A stretch of DNA of 64,000 nucleotides, from the NCBI GenBank assembly GCA_963817895.1, contig CAWFQB010000004.1, positions 416,001 to 480,000 of the forward strand, in the 5' to 3' direction. The position numbers and the translations under genes were made by a program. Below, one piece after another: positions 10,615 through 20,665 of the stretch; positions within the stretch are counted from its first letter, which is position 1; every line of letters starts with the position of its first letter. The notes beneath the pieces were generated by a model that was not told the DNA's origin, ran no database searches, and saw nothing but the letters and a program-made list of their open reading frames with translations. The DNA is from an uncultured Chthonomonadaceae bacterium. GTDB taxonomy: Bacteria > Armatimonadota > Chthonomonadetes > Chthonomonadales > Chthonomonadaceae.

Positions 10615-11493
10615 CTACAAGGACTGCTGCGCGAACTTACGGCGACGCAGGAAAGCGGCTCCGGTAACGCTCATGCCGACCAGAAGCGCGATGCTGCCCG
10701 GCTCGGGAACGGCGGCAGAGGCGGTGCTGAATACCCCGATTGTGTGCAGGTCGAACCCGATTTGGGGGGGGAATGTAGCGCCTCCCCCGGTAACAGTAAA
10801 GCGATTAGAGTCGACTAAATCATATTGGAAACTATGGCCGGCTGAAAGCGTGTTGGCGGCGATGGTGACGCCAGGCGTAGCAAAGGGGAGGAATCCCGCG
10901 TTGTAAACGAGAGTTCCCGATGTGGTATCGAAGATGGTGAAGAATTCATCTTGCTCGGCGGCGGAAGCATTGGCGGCGAAGGGGCTGAAATGTACCGTGA
11001 TGGGGGCGCTGGCGGAAACGTTTTGTAAATCCGTGTAATCCGTGCCGGTGAGATACGGCTGCGCGGTCGGATAGCCGTCTGCCGTATAGTCCAGCGTCGC
11101 TGTTGCCGGTCCCGCGCTGCCGCCCGTAGCCGAATAGGTGTAGGTTCCCATTGGGAAAGCGGTGTCCATGTCTGCCTGTGTCGCGAAGAACGGGGTTTGA
11201 TAGCTGAAGGCGGTGGGCGCGCTCTGGGTAAGCGTTACCGGGCTGGCGGGACCGGAATAGGCGAGCGACCCGCCCGTGAAATCCCCGGCATGTTGTGAAA
11301 ACAGGGTCGCCGAGAAATAGTAGCCTTGAAGCGCCAGCGTGTTGCCATTGCCCGTTTGCAGGGCGGTATCCGAACGGAACATGTTTACGAACGAGACCTG
11401 CGCCCGGACGCGACCGGCAGGAATTGCCGCGAGCAGGCATGCGGTTACAGTGGCGATGGCGCGTACAGAAAAACGTGGTATGGAAATCAACAT
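10615..11493 (-). CDS. PEP-CTERM surface protein
   Basis: Signal peptide (..VRA-Q); C-terminal VPEPGSIALLVGMSVTGAAFLRRRK. Confidence 0.92.
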   Translation of the reverse strand: MLISIPRFSVRAIATVTACLLAAIPAGRVRAQVSFVNMFRSDTALQTGNGNTLALQGYYFSATLFSQHAGDFTGGSLAYSGPASPVTLTQSAPTAFSYQTPFFATQADMDTAFPMGTYTYSATGGSAGPATATLDYTADGYPTAQPYLTGTDYTDLQNVSASAPITVHFSPFAANASAAEQDEFFTIFDTTSGTLVYNAGFLPFATPGVTIAANTLSAGHSFQYDLVDSNRFTVTGGGATFPPQIGFDLHTIGVFSTASAAVPEPGSIALLVGMSVTGAAFLRRRKFAQQSL

Positions 11494-11573
11494 TGCGAGG
11501 CTCCTTGTCCTGATCCCTCAAGAGAAACGGCGAACGTGAAGTCACCTGATGGAATAGCTTTTACACTATCCAT

Positions 11574-11590
11574 TGCATAATTCATGCCAA
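11574..11590 (-). promoter_or_regulatory. Sigma-54 (-24/-12) promoter
   Basis: Minus strand TTGGCATGAATTATGCA about 80 bp upstream of the PEP-CTERM gene; twin at 49029-49045. Confidence 0.75.
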
Positions 11591-11660
11591 ATTGCCGTTT
11601 TTGAACACAACGTCAAAAATTTGTAGGATTTTCAAGAAAATCAAATAAATCGGCGCGAAA

Positions 11661-13315
11661 TCATTCCGCGTCGGCGTCGAAGAGTTGGGGATGGGCGAGG
11701 GTTTCGGTGACGGTTCGGGCGGATTTGAGAACTTCCAGGCTCATGGGAATGTCCAGACGCGAACCGGCTTCAAGCATTTCGGCAATGGTGACAATGAGGA
11801 TGCGGGGATAGGTTTTGCCCATCAGCGGGTGCGCGTAAAAGCCCGCCGCGCTCGCCTCGTCGCGCATTCCTCTGGTGGCGTCTTGCAGCGTAAGGAACAC
11901 GGCGAGTTCGGCCCCTACACGCTGCCGGTCATTGTTGAGTTTGGCAATGTCGCCCCGTCCCACGTTCCCGCTTTTCACCTGAAACACGATTTTGGCGTTG
12001 TCGTCCTTGCCCGTGAGGAAATAGGCCATGCCGTCAATGCCGCCATCCCCGCCCTTTTTGTCGTTGATAAGCGCGCGGTTGTGCGAATACGTGAGGACGG
12101 CCCACTTCTCGAACTCTTTGCGAACGCGGTCATCCTTTTTGTGGGCAAGCGCGTTGGCCGCTTCCATATCGCGGGGAACGCCGTTGAGCGTGAGCGTGTC
12201 CAGAACGCCCTTGCCGTACTGCGCTTCCAATCGGCGCAAAATCAGGGCAATGCTCTGGTAGGTAATGTCTATGCCGATCCATTTGCGTTTGAGGCGTTCG
12301 GCAACCGCGACCGTAGTTCCGCACCCGCAGTAAGCGTCCAGAACCACATCGCCCTCGTTGGAAGACGCGGCAATAATTCTTTCGAGAAGCGATTCCGGCT
12401 TTTGTGTTGGGTAGCCAAGACGTTCTGATGCCGTATTTCCAATGCGTTCAATATCTGCCCACACGCTGCCGATGGGCTTCCCTTGCTTCTCGTCAAGAAA
12501 CACTTTGCGCCCGTCAAGGCGCGGAGTGCCGTCTTGTTTCGTTAAAATCAAGCCCTGTTCCCATAACGCTTCCAGTTGTTCTTCGGAAAAGCCCCAACCT
12601 CTGTGCGGCGGCGGAGTCGATCCACGCCATGTAAAATTACGGTGCGCGTTGCCGGTCATTGTCAAATCCTGCCCCGTGACCATGCGCCCCGTAGCCGCGT
12701 CAAGACTGTAGCGCTTCAATTGTTGCGGCGCGAAATCGGTGTACTGAGGATTCCATGTATACCTGTCCGATTTGGTATAGAAGAAAATTGTATCCTGAAC
12801 GCGGGCAAAGTATTTTGACGCGACATTATGGGAGTTTGTGCGCGTCCAGACAATCTCGTTTTTGAAGTCACCGCCATTGGATACGAAAATCGTGTCCAGA
12901 ACAAGTTTGAGATAATGTGACGCGGTGGGGTCGCAATGCAGGTAGAAACTGCCGGTGGGTTTGAGGACGCGGTGAATTTCGGTTATGCGCAGGGCCATGC
13001 TGACGAGATAGGCGAGCAGGCTGCCCTTTTTCAGCACGGGCGCGAGTCCTTTGAGCAGGTCTACAGTTTGGGACGCGAACCGGGCGTGGTCGTTGGCGAG
13101 GATTTCCGCGAAGCCCGCGTCCGCCTGCGCGTCCCACACCCATGTATCCACAAACGCCTGCGCCTGCGCCCGGTCTTCGCTCCCGACGTTGTTATAAATC
13201 TGGTTGTAATTTCGTTTGGATTGAAAGGGGGATCAGAGTAGCAAAGGTCAATGGTTTCATCCCGGACGTATTTGCGCAGAACTTCCAGATTATCGCCGTA
13301 GTAGAGTGTGTTCAC
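11661..13315 (-). CDS. N4/N6 DNA methyltransferase (beta class) fused to a C-terminal Mrr-like endonuclease domain; 1-nt frameshift near 13220
   Basis: LYYGDNL..DPPFN, FYLHCDPTASHY, YPTQKPESLLERII, DAYCGCGTT; C-terminal DGGIDG..QVKSG. Adding one base after AAT restores NSKRNYNQIY. Confidence 0.88.
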
Positions 13316-13380
13316 CCAATCCCCCGATTTCCTGTCCTGCCGCGTTCGCCGCGCAGGAGAGGGGCAGACAGTTTGCTGAT

Positions 13381-13764
13381 CTATTTGTTGGAAGGCGTCG
13401 GAGTTGTTAAAGGCCGGGAGGATTGTCTGTTGGCGCTGCGCGACTGTTTCGGAGTCGTGACAGTACCTGAAGAGGTCGGATTTGCCCGAACGATGCTTTC
13501 CAAATCAGAAACCGTGCAGCTATAACCGATGTTTGTTAGCTGCTGAACAGGATTCCAATCTAATGGTTCCGGTCGTCCCTGCTTGCCCCATGCCCAACGC
13601 GCCCCGCGTGAAATCCAGTCCTCACGCAGTTCCGCAACCGTCCAATCTACGTCGTTAACGTAGAAGGCAAAGAAACAGCAGGGGCAAAGGGCGTCCACTT
13701 CCGGCGCAAAGTCGAGTTCGTAACCACACACCGGGCAATTGCTGCCATATTTTACATTGTTCAT
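13381..13764 (-). CDS. CPCC-type cysteine-rich protein, putative immunity protein/antitoxin
   Basis: CPVCG....CPCC motifs; ATGA overlap with the upstream toxin-like gene. Confidence 0.65.
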   Translation of the reverse strand: MNNVKYGSNCPVCGYELDFAPEVDALCPCCFFAFYVNDVDWTVAELREDWISRGARWAWGKQGRPEPLDWNPVQQLTNIGYSCTVSDLESIVRANPTSSGTVTTPKQSRSANRQSSRPLTTPTPSNK

Positions 13765-14108
13765 CTTGCACACTCATCCAAAAAATACTGGTAGTTGCTG
13801 GTACGCTTATGCGTCTTGTCGCGTGGCGTACCGGGAGGCGCAGCGCTGTACATCATCGGCTTGAAGTACGTCTTGATAATGCCGTTGGCGCGTACAACAG
13901 CAAACTCATTGGTGTTCTTGTCGTAGCGAACCGTCTCTCCATTGGAGCGGGTACATTCTTCAATATCTCCACCCGAAACAAGGGGTTTGTTCAAGAAATC
14001 GCGCGCCTGACTCTCATAGTCGTAGGCATCAATCACACTGAAGTCACTGCCATGGTTTCCATAATGGTCAAGACGGAAGAGTGGGTCAAAGTTGGTAGCG
14101 ACTGGCAC
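13761..14108 (-). CDS. Stand-alone colicin-D-like (BECR-fold) RNase toxin domain
   Basis: DHYGNHGSDF..Y..A..F...R.NGETVRYDKNTNEFAVVRANGIIKTYFKP pattern typical of polymorphic-toxin C-termini; GTG start with AGAGGT RBS. Confidence 0.6.
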   Translation of the reverse strand: MPVATNFDPLFRLDHYGNHGSDFSVIDAYDYESQARDFLNKPLVSGGDIEECTRSNGETVRYDKNTNEFAVVRANGIIKTYFKPMMYSAAPPGTPRDKTHKRTSNYQYFLDECAR

Positions 14109-14153
14109 TATACGTAACCTCTGTTTAGATTATACCATTCAAACAGAAATAGA

Positions 14154-14681
14154 TTATACCACGACGCGGCAACCGCAGGCGAAGGTCAGTTGAACGGGTG
14201 AATCGTGTTCCTCCGTCTGTCCGTCGTGATAGTGGGAAACGCGATTGCTTGCCGGATCAAAGAGTACAATGTCGGGAATGGCTTGCGCGAGATAGAACGG
14301 CAGGCTGATTTCTGTATCCTTCTTCTCGTAGCCCGCGCTGATGATTTCAATCACGGCTTCGGGCAGGGCGGTAATGGCTCTGTCCTGATTCGCAGGCTCG
14401 GCACAGTAGACGGCAATATCGGGGCGTTTGAGGGAACCATCGGGAAACAGAATCGTTACATCGGCGACGGGAATACAGGCGTAGCCGTCGTGACCGGCGT
14501 TGGAAAGCAGCGATACCTGCATATCAAGCGTTTTCTTCTGGTGGCGATACACGGGCATCGCTTCCCATACCGGAATCCCATTGACGTATTCCAGTTTGAC
14601 GCCCGCCTGCCCCGGCCCGGTTTCCATCGCGTCCGTTATCAGCGTGAAAAGTTCGTCCGCGCCCGGCGTTCTCGTTGCCAA
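14154..14681 (-). CDS. Uma2-family (PD-(D/E)xK) endonuclease-like protein
   Basis: LEYVNG, KRPDIAV, PEAVIEIIS..YEKKD. Confidence 0.85.
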   Translation of the reverse strand: MATRTPGADELFTLITDAMETGPGQAGVKLEYVNGIPVWEAMPVYRHQKKTLDMQVSLLSNAGHDGYACIPVADVTILFPDGSLKRPDIAVYCAEPANQDRAITALPEAVIEIISAGYEKKDTEISLPFYLAQAIPDIVLFDPASNRVSHYHDGQTEEHDSPVQLTFACGCRVVV

Positions 14682-14889
14682 CAGCCTGCCCCCGCTTTCT
14701 CATCGTGACACGTAAAATGGAGTTCCACAACAGCAGAACCCCCGGCAAAACTATGTCCGGATTTTCGACGCGCAGGCGGAAGATTCCTGCGCGGGAGGCT
14801 ACTTGCCCACCGACTTCAAGCAGGAAATGCTTCTCCCCCTGGCGAACATCCGCTCAAAATAGATAGCAGAAGAAAGCAGGAGGCAGAGC

Positions 14890-15888
14890 ATGTCGGATAC
14901 CTTGAAGATTTTTGTCGGGACGGCGGGGCAGGCGGTTTGGCGCAGCATGGACGGCGGCGAGACGTTTCGGCTGGCATGTGGCGACATGTTTATCGAAGCG
15001 GAAGTTCGCGTCCTCGCGGTTCATCCAACGGAACCGAATGTGCTTTATGCGGGTACGGACGCGGGTTTGTACCGTTCTGACAACGGCGGTGAACAGTGGG
15101 CGCGATTGGAAACGCCCTGGGACGAGGGGCAGGGCTGGCAGGCGGGAACGCTTGTCTGGTCCCTGCTCGTCCATCCGCAGAATCCGCAGCAACTTTATGC
15201 GGGTACGTGTCCGGGCGCGTTGTACCGTTCGCGGGACGCGGGCAAGTCGTGGCAGAAATTAAATGCGCCCATTAGCCCGACCTGCAACTACATCCGCTAC
15301 ACGCGGGTAACGTGCTTTTGCGCCGACCCGTCCGACGCCAACGTTGTCTGGGCAGGCGTGGAGATTGATGGCCTGTGGCGCAGCGGGGATGGCGGCGAAA
15401 CCTGGGAACGGCGCGACACAGGCATGAGTTCGCCCGACATTCATTCCCTCACCATCCTGCCTTCTACGGATACGCGCCCGCAAACCATTATCGCCAGCAC
15501 CAATAATGACCTGAACATCAGCGTGGATGGGGGCCAAACCTGGCAGCCGCAGAACGTCGCGTCCCATTTTCCGCACCGCTACTGCCGGGGCATTGTCCAC
15601 AAAGCCGACGATCCGCAAACCCTCTTTGTCGGTAATGGCAGTGGCCCTCCCGGCAACACCGGCAACCTGCAAATATCACGCGACGGCGGACGTTCGTGGC
15701 AGCAGGCCGAACTCGCCCCCACGCCCAACAGCACACTTTGGACATTCGCCACCCATCCCGCCCTGCCCGACACCATTGTTGCCGCCTGCATTTTGGGTTA
15801 CGTCTATATCAGTGAAAATGGCGGAACCGCGTGGCGCAAACTGTCCCATGAGTTTGGAGAAATCCGTTCCCTCGCGCTCACCCCCTGA
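14890..15888 (+). CDS. BNR/Asp-box beta-propeller (VPS10/glycosyl hydrolase-like) protein
   Basis: Repeated S.DGG.(T/S)W Asp-boxes. Confidence 0.85.
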   Translation: MSDTLKIFVGTAGQAVWRSMDGGETFRLACGDMFIEAEVRVLAVHPTEPNVLYAGTDAGLYRSDNGGEQWARLETPWDEGQGWQAGTLVWSLLVHPQNPQQLYAGTCPGALYRSRDAGKSWQKLNAPISPTCNYIRYTRVTCFCADPSDANVVWAGVEIDGLWRSGDGGETWERRDTGMSSPDIHSLTILPSTDTRPQTIIASTNNDLNISVDGGQTWQPQNVASHFPHRYCRGIVHKADDPQTLFVGNGSGPPGNTGNLQISRDGGRSWQQAELAPTPNSTLWTFATHPALPDTIVAACILGYVYISENGGTAWRKLSHEFGEIRSLALTP

Positions 15889-16056
15889 CATTTTCCTGCG
15901 GTTGAATTTACGCTGTAAATGATGCAACCTGAAAAGCGTTACGCCTGTCATAGCGATAGGCGTTCGTTTCCACGTCATAAGCCTTGTTCAGTGTGACATC
16001 AGGGAGAGGAACGCTTTTCAGAAGGATGCCCAACAAGAAACAACGAATATATCGCC

Positions 16057-17139
16057 ATGCTGAACACTACGCCGATTACGCCCGGAAAACTGTACGATTG
16101 CCTGCACACGCTGTACCAATTGCGCCTGCCCGCCTATCTTGCCGGCCCGCCCGGTATCGGCAAATCGGCCGTGATACGCAAGTACGCGCAGGAGAACGGC
16201 CTGCAATTGGTTACGCTCATGCTGTCGCAGATTGAGCCTTCCGATGTGCGCGGCCTGCCGTTTCTGGATAAGGAGGCGGGGCGAACCCGCTGGCTGATTC
16301 CCGAATTCTACCCGGACAGCGACTCCGACTCGCGGGGCATCCTGTTTCTGGATGAACTGGCGAACGCCGAACCCCGCGTACAGGTGGCCGCGTATCAACT
16401 GCTGCTGGATCGCAAGGTGGGCGAGTATGAATTGCCGCCGGGTTGGGTGTGCTTTGCGGCGGGAAACCGGCTGGAAGACAACGCCAACGTGTACGAAATG
16501 TCGTCCGCGCTGGCCGACCGGCTGGTTTTCTTCAACGTTTCGTGCGAACCCCGCGACTGGCTGAAATGGGCGCGCGACAACGACATCGCGCCTGAAGTTC
16601 TCGCCTTTATTCAGGTGAAGCCGGACTTTCTCAACGGCAACCAGATGCAGCAGGCGGCGGATCAGATTATTGTGCCGACGCCGCGCAGTTGGGAGCGCGT
16701 GTCGCAAATCGTGAAGGCGGAAAAGAACGCCGAAGTGCGTCAGTTTCTGCTGTCGGGCATCATCGGGGAGGGCGCGAGCGTGGAGTTCTTTCATGTGTTG
16801 GAGGAGATACGCGAACTGCCGCCGATGGAAACCCTGTTCCGCCTGTCCCCGGAAGAGGCGCGGCGCGTGTTTCCTAAAAGCGTGGCGGGCCTGTACGGAC
16901 TGGCGTACAGCGTCACCGCGTACTGCAATGACCTGGAAACCTTCCGCAGGGGCGTGTTGATTTTCAACGAACTGGATCAGGTCGGCCGCAATCTCCCCGG
17001 CGCGGAAATCCAGACGCTGGCAATGGAAATCCTGAATGACAAAGCCGGCAAAATGGGCCTGTGGCAGAAACTGGCCCTGTCGCCGGAGTATGGCATCTAC
17101 CGCAAAAAAGGGCAGCAGGTCTCCCATGTTGGATTGTAA
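16057..17139 (+). CDS. MoxR-like AAA+ ATPase
   Basis: Walker A GPPGIGKS, Walker B ILFLDE, AAGN sensor, ALADRL, PTPRSW. Confidence 0.92.
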   Translation: MLNTTPITPGKLYDCLHTLYQLRLPAYLAGPPGIGKSAVIRKYAQENGLQLVTLMLSQIEPSDVRGLPFLDKEAGRTRWLIPEFYPDSDSDSRGILFLDELANAEPRVQVAAYQLLLDRKVGEYELPPGWVCFAAGNRLEDNANVYEMSSALADRLVFFNVSCEPRDWLKWARDNDIAPEVLAFIQVKPDFLNGNQMQQAADQIIVPTPRSWERVSQIVKAEKNAEVRQFLLSGIIGEGASVEFFHVLEEIRELPPMETLFRLSPEEARRVFPKSVAGLYGLAYSVTAYCNDLETFRRGVLIFNELDQVGRNLPGAEIQTLAMEILNDKAGKMGLWQKLALSPEYGIYRKKGQQVSHVGL

Positions 17140-17150
17140 AAGGCAAACGT

Positions 17151-18401
17151 ATGGAAACTCCTGACAACGCTAACCAACAGACAGCGGCCAGTCACAATAT
17201 AGAGCAGGAAGACGCGGTAAAACGGGCCATGCGCTACGCGGTTACGCAAAGTCCCGGCTTTGCCGCGATTGCGCTCTGGTGTCCCTGGAAAATAGACAAC
17301 AAAGCGGAGTGGGTGGCCTGCACGGACGGCAAAACCATTCGCTTCGGACAGCGATTTTTCACCAATTACACGCCCCTGGAGCAGACAGCCATTCTGACGC
17401 ATGAGATCATGCACGTCGCGCTGCGCCATATTCCGCGCCTGAAAAAAGGCCGTTTCGACCCGCTTGTGTGGAACATCGCTACAGATGCGATCATCAATGA
17501 GGCTGTGGGCAAAATGGCCTGGCTGAACCTGCCCGAAGACGGCGTTCGACTGAATAAATTGCTGACCGCGCAGGAGTTGCAGGATACGCCCGCGCATGAG
17601 TGGACGAGCGAAAGTTTGTACGCGCATCTGCTTAAAAACAAGTCGCATCTGTTGAGACTGCTGAAAGATTTTTTTGGCGACCTGATTCTGGTTCCCGGTG
17701 GAAGCGGCATCTTCGGTGAGGGTGATCTGGCAGACACGACGGACCTGCCGCTGGAAGAGAAAATCTGGAAGGAGCGGCTGATGCGGGCGCAGGCGGGCGA
17801 CCGTCCGGGCGGCCTGATGCGCGCCATGAGCCACGATTTTCCCGAGGACAAAGTGGAATGGGAGAAACTGTTGCGCCGTTTGATGACGCAGCCACTCCTG
17901 CCGCAAACCAAACTCAACTGGAATCGTCCAAGCCGTCGGACACTGGCGCTTGGCGGCGATTACTGGGAACCCGGCAACCGCCCGCGCGATGGCCTGCCAA
18001 CGGCGGGCGTTGTCGTGGATACGTCCGGCAGTATTGATGATGCTCTGCTGACGCGATTCGCGACGGAAATTCAGGGCATACAGCAGCGTGTCGGCTGCCA
18101 CATCTATCTCCTCAGCGCGGACGCCGAAGTGCAATCGGAACAGGTCATCCGCAACGACGGCAAATCGTTCAAGGAAAAAGTGAGGCAGGGCGCGGTACAA
18201 TTCAAGGGGGGCGGCGGCACAGACTTTTACCCGGCCTTGCAGCGCATGAAGGAAAAGAGAGTGCGCGTCTGCGTGTACCTGACCGACCTGTACGGCAACT
18301 TCGGTGAGGAAACCAAATATCCGTTTCCCATTATCTGGGCCAGCATCACGAAAGACCTGCAAGCGCCCTTCGGCAAAACCATTTATATTGGCGAGGATTA
18401 A
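17151..18401 (+). CDS. DUF2201-type putative metallopeptidase (HEXXH) + vWA domain protein
   Basis: HEIMH, WNIATDAIIN; MIDAS DTSGS, GGGGTDF, YLTDLYG. Confidence 0.9.
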   Translation: METPDNANQQTAASHNIEQEDAVKRAMRYAVTQSPGFAAIALWCPWKIDNKAEWVACTDGKTIRFGQRFFTNYTPLEQTAILTHEIMHVALRHIPRLKKGRFDPLVWNIATDAIINEAVGKMAWLNLPEDGVRLNKLLTAQELQDTPAHEWTSESLYAHLLKNKSHLLRLLKDFFGDLILVPGGSGIFGEGDLADTTDLPLEEKIWKERLMRAQAGDRPGGLMRAMSHDFPEDKVEWEKLLRRLMTQPLLPQTKLNWNRPSRRTLALGGDYWEPGNRPRDGLPTAGVVVDTSGSIDDALLTRFATEIQGIQQRVGCHIYLLSADAEVQSEQVIRNDGKSFKEKVRQGAVQFKGGGGTDFYPALQRMKEKRVRVCVYLTDLYGNFGEETKYPFPIIWASITKDLQAPFGKTIYIGED

Positions 18402-18406
18402 GCGAG

Positions 18407-19528
18407 ATGCGAAACAAACATTCGATGCCTCTATCTGAAACCAACGCATTGCCGCCCAGTAATCCGACATTGTATTTTTCGGGATGGGGCTACGATGAGC
18501 GCAATGACCAATCAAGTCAGGATAAAGGGGCGAACGTTCAGGTTGTAACAACAGCCGGGCAATCGTTTGTGTTGCGCAAAATTCGAGACTACATATTTTT
18601 CCGTCGTTGTGGCGAAACAGACGAGCGCGTCAGTTGGTTTCTGCTGGAACACTGCGCGGATGCGTGTAAGTACAAAATTAAGATGTTTCTACAGGAACCC
18701 GCCCCTGATGATTGGAAGGACGATATCAGGGAGTTTCCACAGGAGAAATTTGCAGAAGCGTATGCGCGTCAGGCGTATGGCCGCTGCCTGCTGCATGTTT
18801 CTCCTTCCGCGCAAAAGGGCGAAAGTGGGATGGTGTGCCTGTCACCCGACAACTGCGATTCCTTTGTCCTGAACCGGTCAGGATGTCTCATGGTGCGCTT
18901 CGACTTTCAAAGCGTGATGGAAATGTCCTGGGAGGAACTGCTGTCTGCCGACCTTGAAGCATTGCGCCCCCGGTGTCAATTGTTGCTTAAGATGGCAGCA
19001 CTGAGAGAAAAGGGACTTCATTCGACATCCATACCGTGGATCACACGCGAGTTTGTCAGCGGTTCTGAAGTGGAACTGCGCCGCCTGACGACCATCATTG
19101 CCCAGACCGAGCCGGAACTGTTTGAGAAGAGCGCAGAACCGGTGACAGTGATATATCAGGCGGAAACGGCTGTTAAGCTGGCCCACATAATGCAGATACA
19201 GCGTCGCGGCGCCGGTGGCTACATGGAGGAGTATACCGCTCCTCTGAAAAGATTACGGTATTTATGCGCTCTCGCCCTCCATCAAAACACTTTCATCGGC
19301 GAGGATTGCAGAACGCGCTTCGACTACGGGCAGCAGTGTGGGAGAGTTGTTTACTTTGCGGCTTGGTACGGCGGATTCGACAAAGTTGTGGCGAAGGTGG
19401 AAATTACTGTGCATCCTCCTTCCAACCATGAGCGCGCTGAGTCGCTTTTGAGCCTGTCTGACTGGCTGGAAGGCAAAGTGTCTTCGCCAAAACGCCTGCG
19501 CCTGCTGGGGCTGGACGAGAAAAGATAG
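18407..19528 (+). CDS. Unknown-family protein, tandem paralog 1 of 5
   Basis: Shares LYFSGWGYDER, YGRCLL, SGSE.ELRRLT, LC.LAL..NTF.G, PPS.HERAESLL.L.DWLEGKV..KRLRLLG with neighbours. Confidence 0.85.
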   Translation: MRNKHSMPLSETNALPPSNPTLYFSGWGYDERNDQSSQDKGANVQVVTTAGQSFVLRKIRDYIFFRRCGETDERVSWFLLEHCADACKYKIKMFLQEPAPDDWKDDIREFPQEKFAEAYARQAYGRCLLHVSPSAQKGESGMVCLSPDNCDSFVLNRSGCLMVRFDFQSVMEMSWEELLSADLEALRPRCQLLLKMAALREKGLHSTSIPWITREFVSGSEVELRRLTTIIAQTEPELFEKSAEPVTVIYQAETAVKLAHIMQIQRRGAGGYMEEYTAPLKRLRYLCALALHQNTFIGEDCRTRFDYGQQCGRVVYFAAWYGGFDKVVAKVEITVHPPSNHERAESLLSLSDWLEGKVSSPKRLRLLGLDEKR

Positions 19529-19620
19529 CAGGACAACAACGCAGAGGCGCAAGAGCAAAAGCCATGAGCATCGAAACGTAAGAAGAAAATCATAAAAGTA
19601 GAGCCGTAAGGACACAAGCT

Positions 19621-20637
19621 ATGGATACAGAGGAAGAAATGCAGACCGGACTCTTCTTTTCCTGCGGGTATTATGACAGCCGCGAGGCGGAACAGTATGA
19701 GCGCGAAGAGGGTCTGGATGCCGTCGCCGTGAAAATCGGCAGGCGCATATTCGCCGCGAGAACGATGGCCGGGTACGCCCTGTTCCGGGATGTGGAAGAC
19801 GAAGATGAGCGAGCGGCTTTGTTTATCGCGCAGCCCTATGTGGCAAGCGAATCCGATCCGCGCTATTTCAACAGGCAGTGGTTTGTTCAACAATGGAAAC
19901 AGGGCGCGTTCGGACGCTGCTTAATCTTCGTTGCCCCCTATATGACGCAGTGGCAGTGCGCCCATATTCTGTTTCGGCCCGACGGCACAGGGCTTGCGGC
20001 AGACACCTTTGAAAATCCCTTGTTGGAGTTTGTGTGGAGGGAAGCGACGCCGCTGTCATGGCCGGAACTGCTACAGGCCGACCCGGACGATTTGCAGCCG
20101 CTTTGCAAAACCATTTTCGAGACACAGGTGAATACGCGCATTGTCAACGCCTACCTTGCGCCGCTTGGCATAACGCCCGAAGATTTTGTGGACGTGCCGC
20201 CCCGGTTCGAGTGTGGTTCCGAGCAGGAATTGCGCCGACTTACCGTTGCCATTCTCCATTCGCACCCCGGCTTGTTTGAAGATAACGCGAAGACGATTAC
20301 CATCAAGTATCGCGCCAGAACCGCGAACAAGCGGGCGTTTATGGCACTGATAGATCGGTATGACGCGGAACCCATGCCGCATCTGGGACGGCTGCAATCC
20401 CTGTGCGATCTGGCCCTGCGCCTGAATACCTTTGTGGGCGAAACCTGGACACACTGGATGGACACGCCCACCCGCAAGGGTGACTTCGACAAACAGATGC
20501 ACAAAATATTTGTGGAAGCGCAGCCGCCCTCCGCCCACGAACGCGCCGAGTCCCTCCTGCTGCTTAACGATTGGCTCATGAATAAAGTTCGCCCGGAAAA
20601 ACGCCTGCGCCTGCTCGGTATTGACGCGGAAGAATAG
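19621..20637 (+). CDS. Unknown-family protein, tandem paralog 2 of 5
   Basis: Same motif series (FGRCLI, PDGTG, CGSEQELRRLT, LCDLALRLNTF, PPSAHERAESLL). Confidence 0.85.
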   Translation: MDTEEEMQTGLFFSCGYYDSREAEQYEREEGLDAVAVKIGRRIFAARTMAGYALFRDVEDEDERAALFIAQPYVASESDPRYFNRQWFVQQWKQGAFGRCLIFVAPYMTQWQCAHILFRPDGTGLAADTFENPLLEFVWREATPLSWPELLQADPDDLQPLCKTIFETQVNTRIVNAYLAPLGITPEDFVDVPPRFECGSEQELRRLTVAILHSHPGLFEDNAKTITIKYRARTANKRAFMALIDRYDAEPMPHLGRLQSLCDLALRLNTFVGETWTHWMDTPTRKGDFDKQMHKIFVEAQPPSAHERAESLLLLNDWLMNKVRPEKRLRLLGIDAEE

Positions 20638-20665
20638 AATTACACCACATGAAAGAGCCAACGAG

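Noticed and set aside
14675..14866. Short ORF between Uma2 and the BNR gene
   Set aside because: No recognisable motif; may be a fragment or noise.
15889..16056. Short palindromes upstream of the AAA gene (e.g. ATTTAC-GCT-GTAAAT) as a regulator site
   Set aside because: Too short to distinguish from chance without comparative data.
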